Notes: generated from the letters alone by a model not told the origin. Shown: positions 29,909 through 44,362, counted from the stretch's first letter. The stretch is 64,000 nucleotides of DNA from Bugula neritina (GCA_964035545.1 OZ037765.1:682001-746000), one strand, 5' to 3'. Numbers and translations are program-made.

Positions 29909-32900
29909 GCAAATATGTTTTTGTAATCTTATAGTTTTAATTTGCTGTGACTTGGAAACATCTTTATACAAAACTAAAAAAAATTGTTATTCTATCTTTT
30001 TACTTATATGATTGCATCATATTTTATGTTTTATTGCATAAATATTAAATAGGCCTTTATGTTATTGTGTTATTTGATTAAATTATGCTGTACAGTAGTA
30101 CATGCAAGTTACAAGTATGTATAATTTCACTTACACCTGCACAATATTATTTTAAAGAGCAACAATTTAAAACAGGTTTGCAGCCATAGTTGTTGATTTA
30201 CTCGTAGTACTAATGGTGAGTAATCAAAGTTTTGAGCACAAGGCCAAAGTTTGAGGTAGTGGAAGCAAAACACTTATGCACAAAGCTAAAAGGTTTTGCA
30301 TCTCAACTAATAAGTATTAACTTTGTTTATGAAATATTTATCTATAAAATAATTTATTTGATAAAATTTTACCTATTGGGTCAAACTATTTAAAATAGCA
30401 TCCTTTTACTATAAATAATAATGATACTTCTACTTTATGTAGTTGAAGTTGGAAAATAACGACGAACATCAATGTGATAACTTTGACAATATTTTTGGTA
30501 AAATAATTACATCATACATGCATCGATAATTATTGGGTTATTTTTACTGTAATCTGTAATAGGATAAACTTTTATTTTAACTAAAAGTTTGATAAAAAGA
30601 TAATAATATGTAGGCTAAATAACTTCAAGTCGTACGAATGTTCGTTGAAAAACTAAATAGTAAAATATCGATGGTTTTGGTGGGTAGTCATGGTATCTAT
30701 GCAACTACTAGAATAACAATTATTGGGCTCGCTATTGTAGTTTGCAAGTTCATTATTAAGCAGGTAAAAATTTAATTCTCAACACCATAATGAAAACTAG
30801 TTGTGTAACTAAACTCTTTGTGCGCCGACGACTTGGATTTTGTCGATATTAGGCCACGCTCACGAAGCAGGATTTTATGTTTTAAATTAGTCGTTAAGAG
30901 TTTTTCTGAGTTGTTTTCTCCTGTTTACGTTTCCGCCACTTTTTTCCGTTTTACGTTTACGCAGTTTACAAAAACCGCAATAAGGCGTTATCTGCTTATA
31001 ACTATTGTTCCTAAATAACCATTGTTCCTCACTGATCCAGTTAGACCTTGCCCACATGCCTTTATTTACACCTCTATAACCTGTAGCTACACTTATACCT
31101 GTACCTATGTCTTTACCTACACCTATATACCTACACTTACATCTATAAGCCCAAACCTATACTTACTTTACTTACACCTATTGTAAGCACATATACCTTG
31201 ACTCACTCACCTAATCGAAACATAAACATATATACTGATACAATTCATACAACAAAAAGCTACGGTCTGTCGAGAAACTGTTGAATGAATCATGCAGACT
31301 ACATTTTGTTAAACCCTACAGCACTGTATATAATAGATCATTTTTCTTACAAAAAGTAAAAGATGTATATTATTGATGCTGAAAACATATAATTTAGCTT
31401 TTGGAATATACATATATTCTCCTCAGTGGTTGGCCAGAAACAACACAGTGGAATTGTGGGTAATGAAGCAGGAGCAGAGGAGACAATTACGAAAAAACAA
31501 ATTATGGCCTTTGAAAAAATGAGACAAGTTGGTAATAAATTATAAAGCCCTGAAGTTAAACACTATATCTAATTGCTTGTGGCTCGTTAATCCACTCAGA
31601 AGGGAAATAACCGGAGAATTATAATAATCAGGACAGTATTATGGTGCCTGGATGAACAGATTTGCCAAGCACTAATCTATAACTATAAATAAAACCATAG
31701 AAACTAACATTATGTTTACCATCTGATTTCAGGAGAAAACTAAACCTTTATTCTTTCCATCATTTACTAGCAGCTGCAGTATTAAGCTTTCCTGATGGCT
31801 GTACAGCTCATGATCACAGATAAGTTTACAGAGTGCAGGGACTTTATAGTGACAGCTTTGCACAAAGAAAAATGTGCAATACTTATTTCCATCAGCAGTG
31901 ACACTGAGTCTGTGCTGATGACTTGACTGATGGCAGCTGAAATACTCAAAGTGGTTTTTCGAATTTCCCATTGTGTGGTTGTCAAAACAAAGCTCATATC
32001 CATCTACAGTTGGCATGTGCAGATAGGTGTGTGCATCAATAATTAAACCTAGCTCTCAGGTTATGATCAAATTCCAAAGTTTTCAATATGTTATATTTTA
32101 TTAGATTGAAAGTTGGAGTTATGCAGCTTGCTATGTAACTGATAAAAAAGTTTTAGGCATATAAAATACTATAAGTTATAGACAAAATTAAATTTCAAAT
32201 CATGAAGCTTCTCCCAGATTGAAAAGTTTTCAATTAATTATATACACTAATCAACCCACTGCTCAAACTTGAGCGGTTTTTTAATTCTCTACTTCCCATT
32301 AAAAATAAAGCTCAAGTGATTTTACCCTTTTAACAAAACTCATAACAAAGCAGGAAAAATCACGAGCATACAACTCTCACGCTGAAACTGTAGATGACGG
32401 CTTTATGATTGCTGCTAATTCTGTACTCCATGTCAAAAGAGTTTGCTGTTTCCAAAAACAATTTTTTTATGTTGAAGTTAACATTTCATGACCAAGTTTC
32501 AAAGGAGCCAGATGTAACCACATGGCTGATTGTGTTGTAGCCTCAAATTCAAACAAAATACTATCTTTCCAAGGTGCATTAGTTCGATCCCCAGCCCAAG
32601 TTTAATTGCTTTATAAAACTGAAACTATTTGAATTGGCAAAGCTGCAATTGTACTTTACTGACTTTCATAGAGAAAGAAGGTTAATAGTTTCAATAGAAA
32701 TTGGGAAAACAGCCTTTCTCCAAGGACTTTATGGAATTGTCATAGAACATGCATAAGACTAGTGGAAGATTATATGGTATTATGTTTTTATTGGCTCTCA
32801 CATTTTTTCATTTCCAACTCATAAATGACCTCAGCATTTGGTCGAATTATTCCGTGTTGAGGTAGCAAGTCTCTGGTTCAGAGGTCAAATGACAGCAACT

Positions 32901-35811
32901 CTTTCCACTTTCACAAATCCTGGCAGCAGTAAAAGCTGATGCTCCTATAGAACCAGGATGTATTGCTACTAGTTGCATAAACTGAGAGACACTTTTTAAA
33001 TATGATACATTAAAAAGACTATATACTATAGCAGTTAGGGAGTGCTGCTCTAGTTGACAGTTTCTTTGCCCTTACCACGTTGTACATAACCTGGATCTGT
33101 CCACATAAAGAGATATGTAGTCTACTCCACTAATTGCTACGAGGAGAGGGGCGGGGGGGGGGGGGGGGGCAAACTTTAAGTATGAGTTCAATTTCTGTAG
33201 AGTTGACTCTACGAAAAACTCAGCTATTTTTATTCTCCTATATTGCAGAGTGTTAGGCTATAACCATGGAACTGCAGCAGTCCTAACAAGGAAAGAGGTG
33301 GGATGGGATGTCCAAATCATCTGCTGGTAGAAATACTTTGAATCTATTTTTAAAAGAAATGTTCAAAATAAGACAATAAATATTTGCTCAACACTTTTGA
33401 AGACACTACGTGGAGACAGCAGCAGCTAAGAGGTGCTGCAATCATACTGCATAGAAAGGTGTGAGAGTGACAGTCAACTCAGCCAGCTGTGACCGTGTCA
33501 CATAGCTATATGTCTATCTTACAAGTAGTAGTATGTAAAATATATTATAGGCATGCAAGACTTTATGCATGTATTTCATTATAATCATTATAAATTATGT
33601 GTTTATAATGTGATATATCATTATTATATCATGCACAATCATATATTACTATTAAATGCTGTGGTATGTTTTATTATAGGTATTATAATATTATCATAAA
33701 GCATTTTTTATAATATATTATCTTTAAACCATGGAAATTCCACTTTATCATAAAAATCCAATATTTTAAATGATGAAATCCAAAAATATAACAAACTTAT
33801 TAGACAAAAATTGATAAAAGAGCTGTGATAACAAGTTATGCTGGTTACTTAAAGGTCTTTGGAGTTACTAGCTGTACAGTGGGAGAACCGTCTTTCATGT
33901 CTGTATACTCTTTGCACACACCCCACCAGTACCATCTGTCAATATTCATATTAAATACTTTCACAACTCCCAATATAATTACAACAGTATTGAACCAGGA
34001 AAATAAAATTAATTAACTTTTTGTAGATTTCAATCAACTATAATATCATGTTGACACACTGCAGTTGATCCAACCGGATTCATACTTCAACAGCAAAATA
34101 TTGACTATATAAGGAGGTCAAAAACCTGACTGAAGTTAAAGCTTTCGTACAGGTGAAGATATTTGCTGTAACTCAAATTGTAAAAAGCTTTCTTAGAAGG
34201 TCAAAATATGGCGTTACAGACAGCTGTGATGTAACCGTATGCTTTTTATATTTCACTGCAAACGCATGCAGAGCAAATCTTTGTATGAATGTCACGCCCT
34301 TTGGGAAACATTTATATGAACTTTAGCATCAAAGTTCCTGTAGGTTTATAGATACAGCTTAATTATCCTAAATTCCTTTTACCTCGGTTAGGGAATTGTC
34401 TAACCTTGATTGGAAAGTCTGGTTTCACTAAATATTATCAATGTGTTGTCAGCTAATAGTGACTAGTTAGTAAGTAAGTCTAAACAATGATAAAGTAAAA
34501 AACAGAGAAAATTGCATAGTTTTCAGAAAATTATTGTAGCTAAACATGCATATTTATAATATGTATTGCTAACAAATTTAAGCCGCTTAACTAAACTGGG
34601 CGTCGTACTAACAAACATGATTAAAGGCTACAGTCCCTAATCTTCCACATGTTTTGGGTTCGTGCAAAAAATATAGTTTTAATTATTTACTACGTTTTTA
34701 TTGAAAGTAGAAAGATATTAGCATGGAAGGGAATTTATCACAGATGTTGACAGGCTGTCACACTATAACATACACGCATGTATGTGGTGAGGGGAGAGAT
34801 ATCTGTTTATATCAACACGTCTCTGGTTGTCTCTGGTTGTGTTTAGCCATTATCAGCTTAGCCAGGCACGCAATCAGGCTGTGCTCAGGTCTGATTTAAT
34901 AGCAGCTCACAGTTCTACTTCCTATATTCATCTATGTTATGTTACTCTTTGTTTTATGATACAACACAGAGGATATGATAGCAAGAGTGGGGCTTAGACC
35001 CTTGTATAGCACCAGCAAGTTGCAGTGTGCAGTGATCCCTTATCCAGCTCATAGCAGTTTAATCATAGAACTAAATAGTTAGCTTGCTGAGAGCTCATTG
35101 CCTACACAAACTGAAGGCGTATAGAAAAGACAATTCCCGAATGTAACTTCACATTTATTACTTCCAATTACCTAATGATTACTATTGAAACATTCCACTG
35201 CGCAATGTAAGCTGCGTATGCATGCAGATTTCCTGCTGTACTGCAATAGAAAATGAAATATTTGTTTCACTATTTTGTGATTATATTTGTTGTGAAAAGA
35301 TAACTGGGACCTTTAATTATGAATATTTCCTTGACAGTATAACATGGTAACCAGAATAAACAGTGGCAACTTTAGACCAATTAAATTGCAGCAAATCATT
35401 TGCTCCAGGCATCTCTACCATATTTCTCCTATATCTCACTATTACGTGATAAAGAAACTGGCAATAAGGAAACCCAGCACCCCATTGTGTTAGGAGAATA
35501 AAATGATGCAAACAGCTGTGCATTGGCTATTCCGTGTCCTTACCAGTTCATAACCTTTGACCTTTTGCCAGCTTAATAATTAAAAAGTAATAAAATAACA
35601 CAATATACATGTTCTTATATACTACAATTTATATTATAGCATGTACTCTTGCATATAATATAATATTACTACATGTCCTTTGGTATACTATGTTATTATA
35701 ATAGCACATATACTCGGATACATATATTATATATTATTATTACATCACACATTACTTACTATAAAACATTTATATATTATATTATAATGATTTATAATAC
35801 GCAATATTCAC

Positions 35812-38800
35812 CGTTTACATTTCTTGGGATAGCCTCTTGCAAAGCATTTCATTCTCAGAACATTGAAGTAAATCTCGCCGAGAATTTGAGCATCTTCGCT
35901 GCCGTCCAGGTCCTTGAGACATCTGTACAGCTCGTCATCACACCCACAGTGAAATCTGCAGAATGGGAGATGAAGTGAAATCTGCAGAATGGGAGATAAA
36001 GTGAAATCTGCAGAATGGGAGATAAAGTGAAATCTGCAGAATGGGAGATAAAGTGAAATCTGCAGAATGGGAGATAAAGTGAAATCTGCAGAATGGGAGA
36101 TAAAGTGAAATCTGCAAATTGGGAGATAAAGTGAAATCTGCAGAATGGGAGATAAAGTGAAATCTGCAGAATGGGAGATAAAGTGAGATCTGCAGAATGG
36201 GAGATAAAGTGAGATCTGCAGAATGGGAGATAAAGTGAAATCTGCAGAATGGGAGATAAAGTGAAATCTGCAGAATGGGAGATAAAGTGAGATCTGCAGA
36301 ATGGGAGATAAAGTGAAATCTGCAGAATGGGAGATAAAGTTAAATCTGCAGAATGGGAGATAAAGTGAGATCTGCATAAAATAAAGTGAAATCTGTATGA
36401 TGAGAGAGAGGGAAATCTGTATGATGAGAGAAAGGTGATTGACGTATATAAAATGACGTCTGAAACACGCCTACGCAGTGGTTTGTTGTCCGTTTTCTAT
36501 AAATAGCAACAGCCAACCACAGTCCTTGTGGGAGCTGCCTTTTCTCCTTTAGACAACTATATGACCTCAGACAGCAAATATAGTATTACCTTATATGGTA
36601 TTATTATAATATGACTTAAAAGGACAGTAATAAGAAAGTAATATATATACCAATAAACCATTAATACTTCTCACATCATGGCATGATATTAGACTATCAT
36701 ATACCCTTGATATACTCAGTAGAACTTCAGTGTCTAGAAAGTTGATTAAAATAAAGTAAAATTTCCTACAATATTGTTTTGCAACATGAAAATATGTATG
36801 CCGTTCATTAGGGTAATATAAGTTGACTCATATATCACTCTAATGAGTAGCATGCATGTTTTTACAATGAAAACAATTGAAAAAACACCAAAAATAGAAC
36901 TCTTTCTCCCCCACAATTTCTGCTCTCCCAATCCACCCACGACTTCCGTCACAAACTCTCCAGACGTTTGACAGCTGATTTCTCTCCACAAGCTGCAAAC
37001 TGTGCACCGCAGGCATATATATAACTATGACACTTTCAACTTTCAGCTTTACTTTTACAAATCTCTGTTATAAATAGCAAAACATATCACATAAATGAAA
37101 CTGATGGGAACGTCTCAATTAAACTCATACAAATTTATGATAGTTTTTCTAAACAGGAAAGTGAAACATAGTTATATAGTTCTCTATAGGGTGCTTAAAC
37201 GCAGAATGCATAACTATAGTTTACAGGTAATTATTAAATTCTTATAATAGGATTATGCGCACTTGCGACAGCAGTTTCAAGAGAACACAACTCAATTTGA
37301 GAATCATAAGACTTCTTGCAAAAGTAACACAAAATAGATAAACTCGGTTCCTCTGTTCAATAAAATATTACTTAGCACAATATTGAATGATATCTTTTTC
37401 AAGTGTGCTGTTTGAGTTTACTACACACCTATATATGTAAATATATTATCAGTAGATGAAGACACACAGCTATATATCACATGCCAAGAGAAAAAACTCT
37501 ACATGATGATGCAGCAAGAGTGGAATTACTGATGGCTTTAGCTTGAGCTCTTCACAGCCAGTCAACTAACTCTATGATGTCACATCTAACTGAGGCTAGC
37601 TCGTTTCGGAATGGCATCATCTCAAATACCTACCAGGATGTTCCAGCTGTCAGCTTTTCAAGGACAAAATAATATAAATGTGTTCCTCTTTCTGTTTTAC
37701 CAGAGTGTTATGTATATAATATTATGTCCAGAGTGTTATGTATATATTATGTCCAGAGTGTTATGTATATATTATGTCCAGGGTTTGGTGCTCAATAGAG
37801 TAGTATTAACAGCTGCGTAGAGATAACGAGGGAGGTTAAATGCTTTGTATTTTCGTAACCCTTTCTTTCATAGGTGATACATAAAGTCTGCAGCCAATTG
37901 ATATTTTCGTATGTTGATGGTTTTTGTTTTACAATAATAATAACAGAAAAATAACAATTTTTCACCTAAAGTTTACCCCCCTCCATATAACAAATGTTAG
38001 TAAAGTGCCTCAACCAATAGTCTAAAACTGTTGTATCATATTCTACCTTGTAAACAGTAAATATCAGCTAATATGCTATGATATTTGTGTTCGCTGCTGC
38101 CGATAGCTATTTACTATAGAACACAGCAAAGTAAATGTTACAAGTGAATGTCAAAGCAGCTAAAATAAACTAAATTTGTCTGGCGGCTGAATGCCACGGG
38201 CAAAAGCTTCCGTTGCTCGGCACGCTTACGTAAACCAGCGTCTGACCAGGATGTAGGACTCCCTTTGCATGGCCAAGGCAAAAGGAAATCGAAATGCTTA
38301 TATATAAACACACAAGTCAATGAACTGTGCAGAGTTGCATCTCCAACTTATTTTCACATTTTTTGTCTTATCATCATTGAAATGCATAAAACTGCAGCCT
38401 GAATCACACATTCAAGGTTACAGCATCTCAACATGTGTACCCACAAAAAAGATTTACTAATCAAATAAAACAATGATCGGTTTGCAGTGACATTGGTTCT
38501 AAATGTTGACCCAAGTGGACAATTCGGCAAATTTATTGCTTAATGTGAAGTTAATCAGGTAATCAGCTTCCTTTAACAAATCAAACCAGTCAAATGTTTG
38601 GTCTAAGTTTGATGACGAAAGAGCATATTTTTTGTGTCCTGTATACTGACACCTCTATACTGACACTTCTATACTGACATCTCTATGGATACTGACACAT
38701 CTAAGGATACTGACACCTCTATGGATACTGCCACCTCTATACTGACACCTCTATACTGACACCTATACACTGACACCTCTATACTGACACCTCTATGGAT

Positions 38801-38991
38801 ACTGACACCTCTATGTATTGAGGTCACTTACATTGGATAGGAGCCACTGTTGGTGACACCAAACTCAGTCTTCCCAGGAGAGATGTACAGAGGGCAGTTA
38901 TCATGATGACGGCAGCATTTATCCACATCCTTTAGTTTTCCCAGATCACTAGGTCCTTGGGCTATGTTTCCCTTACCACACCATTTTGTTC
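35812..38991 (-). CDS. Group III (bee-venom-type) secretory phospholipase A2, core exons 38991-38832 and 35955-35812; 5' and 3' exons not resolved (candidate next exon about 35571-35544)
   Basis: GTKWCGKGNIA (Ca-binding loop)...DKCCRHHDNCP (catalytic His-Asp)...IFHCGCDDELYRCLK...IYFNVLRMKCF. The phase-2 GT-AG junction is consistent. Confidence 0.9.
35949..36376 (-). repeat. 26-bp minisatellite, 16 full copies plus a partial, each containing the PLA2 splice acceptor
   Basis: Unit on the + strand is GTGAAATCTGCAGAATGGGAGATAAA; on the minus strand it reads TTTATCTCCCATTCTGCAG|ATTTCAC. Confidence 0.95.
38642..38815. repeat. 14/17-bp minisatellite (ATACTGACACCTCT[ATGG])n next to the PLA2 donor site
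   Basis: Directly visible. Confidence 0.9.
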
Positions 38992-39619
38992 CTTACAAGA
39001 AACAGTAGAATATAACAATCATAGACTCACATCTAAATAGTGAGAATGAGAATTAGTTGACCAAGTTACAGAGACATATTATAAGGTGGTTATCATTCAT
39101 ACAGTGACAATGGAAAGTAATAAAACATGTTACATCATATAGAGTTTTTTTTTATACTACTCAGTATCTGTTCAAAGAATAGCTATTAGAGTAAGAATCT
39201 GAATAAGTAAAGTTTTTATGGAGGGTGAGAAGCTAGAGTGAGCTGTGAAACATGATAGCCCAGTTAAACTAAGTAAGTATAGAAGTGTTTGTATTGTTAG
39301 AAAGGGCCTTATGAACCCCCCCCCTCAATCAAGCTCTTGGCGAGGATGCTAACATGATCTGACGTATCAAGTTGCCAACTCTTTCAAACACTCCTCATAT
39401 TAGGGCACCCGCAGGGAGGGGGTTATTTGAAGTCACAAAGCAGCGCTACTGCACTATACATACTCTGCCACGTATAAACGGGGCTTCCATGTTGCTATGA
39501 AATTGTATTTGTAGCTAAATGAAGCACATGGAAAGAGGGGTGGCCCAGCTACCAGCATAATATTGCCTATACACTGTCCAAACACTGACCTTTGAAACAC
39601 AACTAATATATGATAGTAA

Positions 39620-39845
39620 TATACTAGAACATATACTAAATACTATCCTATACTCCACTATACTATAGGCTACTATATTATACTATACTATAATACTATG
39701 ACATACTATACTATACTATACTACACTATGCTATGTTATACTATACACTATATTACATATACTATACTACACTATACTATGCTATACTATACTATGACAT
39801 ACTATACTATATATACTATACTATACTATAGTATACTATACTATG
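39620..39845. repeat. Degenerate (TACTA)n pentanucleotide repeat
   Basis: Directly visible. Confidence 0.85.
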
Positions 39846-42800
39846 TTTTGTGAAGATAACTCCTGACAATTAGCATTCAGGCGCTAATAATCATAAATAT
39901 ACTTTTCATATTATTTTAACTCAACTAAATGTACATGTACATGTACTACTTGGTCTAGAGAGGAAATTTATACTTCACGAAGAACCACCCTGAGAGAGGG
40001 GGGGGGGGAGCTACCAAGTCTGAAACACTTTGGTCTGCAGCTGAGTTAAACTATCTACCTGCAGTCCCTCTCTGTCAGACTATATTATCTCATGTTTCAT
40101 GATAATATTGGTAAATTTTTTGCTCATCATTTTACGGAATGGACATATGAAATCGCTCTCGTTACATAAACTGTATGGATAAGAGGACCAGATGAAAGAT
40201 ATATTCACACTAGTATATATATAACCACATTAACTTTCTTGTCACAAATCTGCAGTCATTAGTGATCCATGCCCTAGCTCAGTATGATGGAGATACACAC
40301 ACATATATATCCATAAAACTTCATACACTGTCATTAGCTAGTCAACTGTGCTTTAGGGGGTCACATCAACAAATATGAACTAAGTACCATCATGCATGAC
40401 CTCTGCCAATAACATATTCGTGATCCTGCAATGGGACCGAATTCCAATATTTAGTTACAAATTACCATAAATAAGTATTGAAACAATTTTTGGCTTAAAC
40501 TTGGCAAGTAGTTAAAGTTATTGCTATCATTATAATCATATATTATTCATAATTTATGCATTTGACCTTTGCAATGTAACCTATTTCACCTGTTGTGTAT
40601 TGAACTGCAGGTATACTGCACCCTAAACACTGCAATCAACACTATGAATACATCAATGTCATTCAGGGCAACATGAAAAGGTGGCAACTTCAAAAATTAG
40701 AATGACTCAAACTAGATTTCAGTTTTACACTATTTCAACAAATTAGCCAGAAAAACAACAAAAATTGGCAAGAATTTAAATATACCTAGTGAAACTTGGA
40801 CTTTTTTAAATCCAAAATTATACAGAAATCATATTAGAGCTCGGAAATTACTATAAGTATTATAGGAATAAGTGATGTATCGTAGCAGATGAAGTGGTTT
40901 ACTTAACTTGCGGTAATTTTGTGAAAGTTATACAATTGTGTTATATATGCAGCAAGGAACTGGCCGTGGAAATCTTGAAGTTAGCAGAGTGGATGGATAC
41001 ACACTGTAAGGTAATTTAGGTGCAAGAACCGGATCACCTTGCCAAATCTGTCACTCTGCTGGTTATATTTCTTCTATGTGGAACTACGTACAAAGCATGT
41101 CTTATTCAGCAGTTAAAGTGATTTATTCTATAATGATAAAGAGCTGTTGAGACACCAAAACTGACACGTCCCGAATAATAATGAGACAAAAGTACTCGCC
41201 TTGCCTTACGTTTTTAGCCCACTCAAGGCCGTCAAATGCCAAGTTAATTTTAATTCTAATGATATCTGTTTTGTTTTTTGAAATAAAAAGGGCCTGCTTT
41301 TTCAATAACACTATATAAAGTTAAATAGTCCACGCCGACGACTTTAAGCAGCCATGCAGAACCTGGATGTTATGGCCAAGTAGCATTATGAGCTTTATTG
41401 CCGGGAAACTTAGATAAAACTTTTAGGTGTTGCGGGCAACCTGGATATCGGTCACTTACAGCAGAGCTTTTAGTATGGTTGGCTGCATTAGTAAAGCTGG
41501 TTTCTTTTGCTGGCACTGCTCGAAGATTTCTCATTAAAACGATGTTTATCTTCATAATAGGAGTTGCACCACTTTTGGGAACTTCCTTGGCCTGATCAAC
41601 TTATCAATAATAATTATATATTTATATACACAAAGTCAGGTTACAGGTCTGATGGACAGAAACATTGAAAGATACTCAACTTTCCGTAAAATACCTCTTG
41701 GATTCAGAAGGTTAATTTACTAAATATCTCATCAAAAAGCTACAATTGGTTAGATAATGAGGGGGGAAGCTAGGGAGAGATTTTTTTGCCACAGTCGAAT
41801 TTTGATGATCATTAAATGTACTCCATTATTGGACAGTGACTCATGAATATCCATTGTAGTACAAACTCCATTTTGTTTACCATCTCCTCTTTAAACTTGC
41901 ACTGAATATACTGAGCTGCAGGTTAAGGAAACATAGCGACTGTCAGCATTACTCAGCATCTTAGCGCCTCTTTCAGTAACAACATGAAAACAAAATAATC
42001 ATCCCAAGTACTTGATAGGTTCAAACAATATAAACCCTTGCTTTATTTTATCAGTTGTAAAAGTTTCTGCAGAGTTGAGTTTATCCAGTGGTGTAATGGC
42101 TAGCAGTCTGCCTGCAAACAGAAAGTTTCAGGGGGCAAACGCTTTATATATAGTTGCAATTATAGTGGCTGCCGTGCCCTGTGTCTGTTGCAGAGTTGGA
42201 CTTAGAAGAGGATGGTATAGTGCAGCTGTGAGCACTGCAGATTTAGTCAGGTACATCTTGGGACATTGCATGGTTATAATGTAGAAGGTCCATTGACGGA
42301 ACTGTGGCTTTTTAGCATAAAATTATAATTGGTTTGGCAGGTTTAGTCCTGAAGTTGGAGGCACAACCAAAATTGTGGAATTTGATAGACATCTTGTAAC
42401 CTAGTGTGATGAAATGATATGTATGTATGCAGCCACTTGTGTATCATCAATCATTCACCAGGTTATATTTGGACATATGTTGTCAATTTTCAGCAAAAAA
42501 CTGTAACATGGAAAATGTGATTTTATTAAAAATAGTATGTTTAATCAAAGTGTTTTCATGCCATATTAAACAGCTGATTTGGGCATCAATTAGCATAACA
42601 TCTTACTGCTAGTGCACACATTGCTTGCTGGAATAATTTGATTAGTGGTGTCAAATTTTTTCTTTTTAAAATTTTGGAGCAAGATCTGATAGTGAGTAAA
42701 TAACATTTTCTAAACACACATTCTAATGTTGCAGTAACCTGAGGTAAGGAACTTCACCGAAAACGTATAAACTCATTTTTCAAAAAGCTGCAAGTCACCG

Positions 42801-44265
42801 GGAAGAACTATAAGCAATTTTCAGCACTTTAGTACTCTTTGAAACAGTGTCAAGTTGGATTGAGTTTCTATAGCTTGCTAAGAGCTACTGCAAAGCCGGT
42901 TGGCAATCATTTACTTTGCAGTGAGATAACAGTAACTGGTAATATTGCGACACTCCTTTTACTTGAAGACAAACCGTAGAAACGTGACTTTTTATTTTTA
43001 CATTATTTAGTATTATCTTTATTTAAACATTATTTACGTATATATTCTATGAATACAAGTATATAATACAATTTATAGTAATTATTATAAAGATATTATA
43101 GTTGCTATACATTATAGATATAGAATGTTATTTGAATGTGCATGCAAACGAGTTAATCATACATAAGTTTTATTTATACGTCTGCAAGACCTTAGGAGCA
43201 AGTCTAATATAATATAGGCTTTGTTAACCCCAGAAGGAAATTGAATGTATTCTAAACCAAAACAGAAAAAACTGTCATTATAAGTTTATAAACTTTACTT
43301 AAAAGATGCTATATAAATGAATTAGGAAAAATTTATGAGCAATAAGGTTGAATTCTGATTCTCAAACTGCATTGAAAGTTAAATACATTTAGTTTGTAGC
43401 AACATGTTATTGTGAAAGACTACGTACCTATAAGATACATTTATTGATTAAGTCAACACAGAGAAACTTATTCTCAATTAACCAAATTATAAAATTATTT
43501 CTAATTCTACTCGTATTTTACAGTGTTTTGAGTTCAACATATAGAATTAAAATATTCAACAAGAATATAGCCAAGCTCGTTTACTATACTATAAATAGCA
43601 GCTGCAACCTTTCGTAAATTCAAAATATTAGAGTGATTCACCAGTTTCATTTCTTTCACAGATTTACAGCATATGTTTGAGAGTGGAAGTGAAGTATCGG
43701 GAAGAAACTAGCACCAGAGGTTATCTACAGACTATTTTTTGCTTTAAGAGTGACAAACTGGGGTGTTGACAGTTGTGTAAGCCAAATATTTGTCTGATAA
43801 AGAGTCAGTGCTGTAAGTGTCCACTGCTAACTGCATGTTGGAGAGATACTATATACAGATTATCGTAATCCTTGCATGTTAGGAGGATTTTTTGCAGAAA
43901 AGCATAGTTTAAATGTGGCAGTTAGTAGAAGCACTAGGTTGTTGCCTTCATTATATTTTATTGAGTGAACATATTTTCTACATTTCCCAAATGCGCTACT
44001 TGTAAGAGAATGAATGTAATATAATATAATGAAGCACTTCTAGCTACAATTTATTTCATTTCTTCTCTACAGGCACGGTAAACCTCCTGGCAACCAAACT
44101 AACCACCATAACCTATGTGCACAAAGTCAATGTGTCATTATATACTACAGGACTATTGCCCTGCTACACCGGTGTTTCTATTTAGTTGGGCTCTACGTAC
44201 CTTGACCCACAATACAACATCCCGGATAATGCTTGTAGATTTCATAAATATTAAAAAAATAAATA

Positions 44266-44296
44266 AATATATATATATATGAGTAAATATATATAT

Positions 44297-44357
<61 letters not shown>
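44266..44357. repeat. (AT)n microsatellite
   Basis: Directly visible. Confidence 0.95.

Positions 44358-44362
<5 letters not shown>

Larger units (their letters stand above)
21709..30977 (+). mobile_element. Full-length Mutator-like (MULE) DNA transposon, 9269 bp, carrying a USP deubiquitinase
   Basis: Perfect 24-bp TIR CGGTTTTTGTAAACTGCGTAAACG at 21709 and its reverse complement ending at 30977. Identical 9-bp flanks CAATAAGGC at 21700-21708 and 30978-30986; a 9-bp TSD is typical of Mutator. Internal DDE transposase. Confidence 0.95.

Noticed and set aside
33141-33170. Poly-G run as a regulatory G-quadruplex
   Set aside because: It is a simple homopolymer with no supporting context.
34621-35316. 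Kolobok-like element bounded by TTAAAGG...CCTTTAA
   Set aside because: The terminal match is too short and breaks down after a few bases.
35949-36376. Regular repeat arrays (also 52261-52516 and 57354-57682) as CRISPR-like loci
   Set aside because: The units are contiguous with no unique spacers, the context is eukaryotic, and there are no cas genes.
40911-41695. Non-autonomous relative of the MULE (shares cgccgacgactt with about 30823 and has weak inverted ends)
   Set aside because: No TSD and only a poor terminal match.
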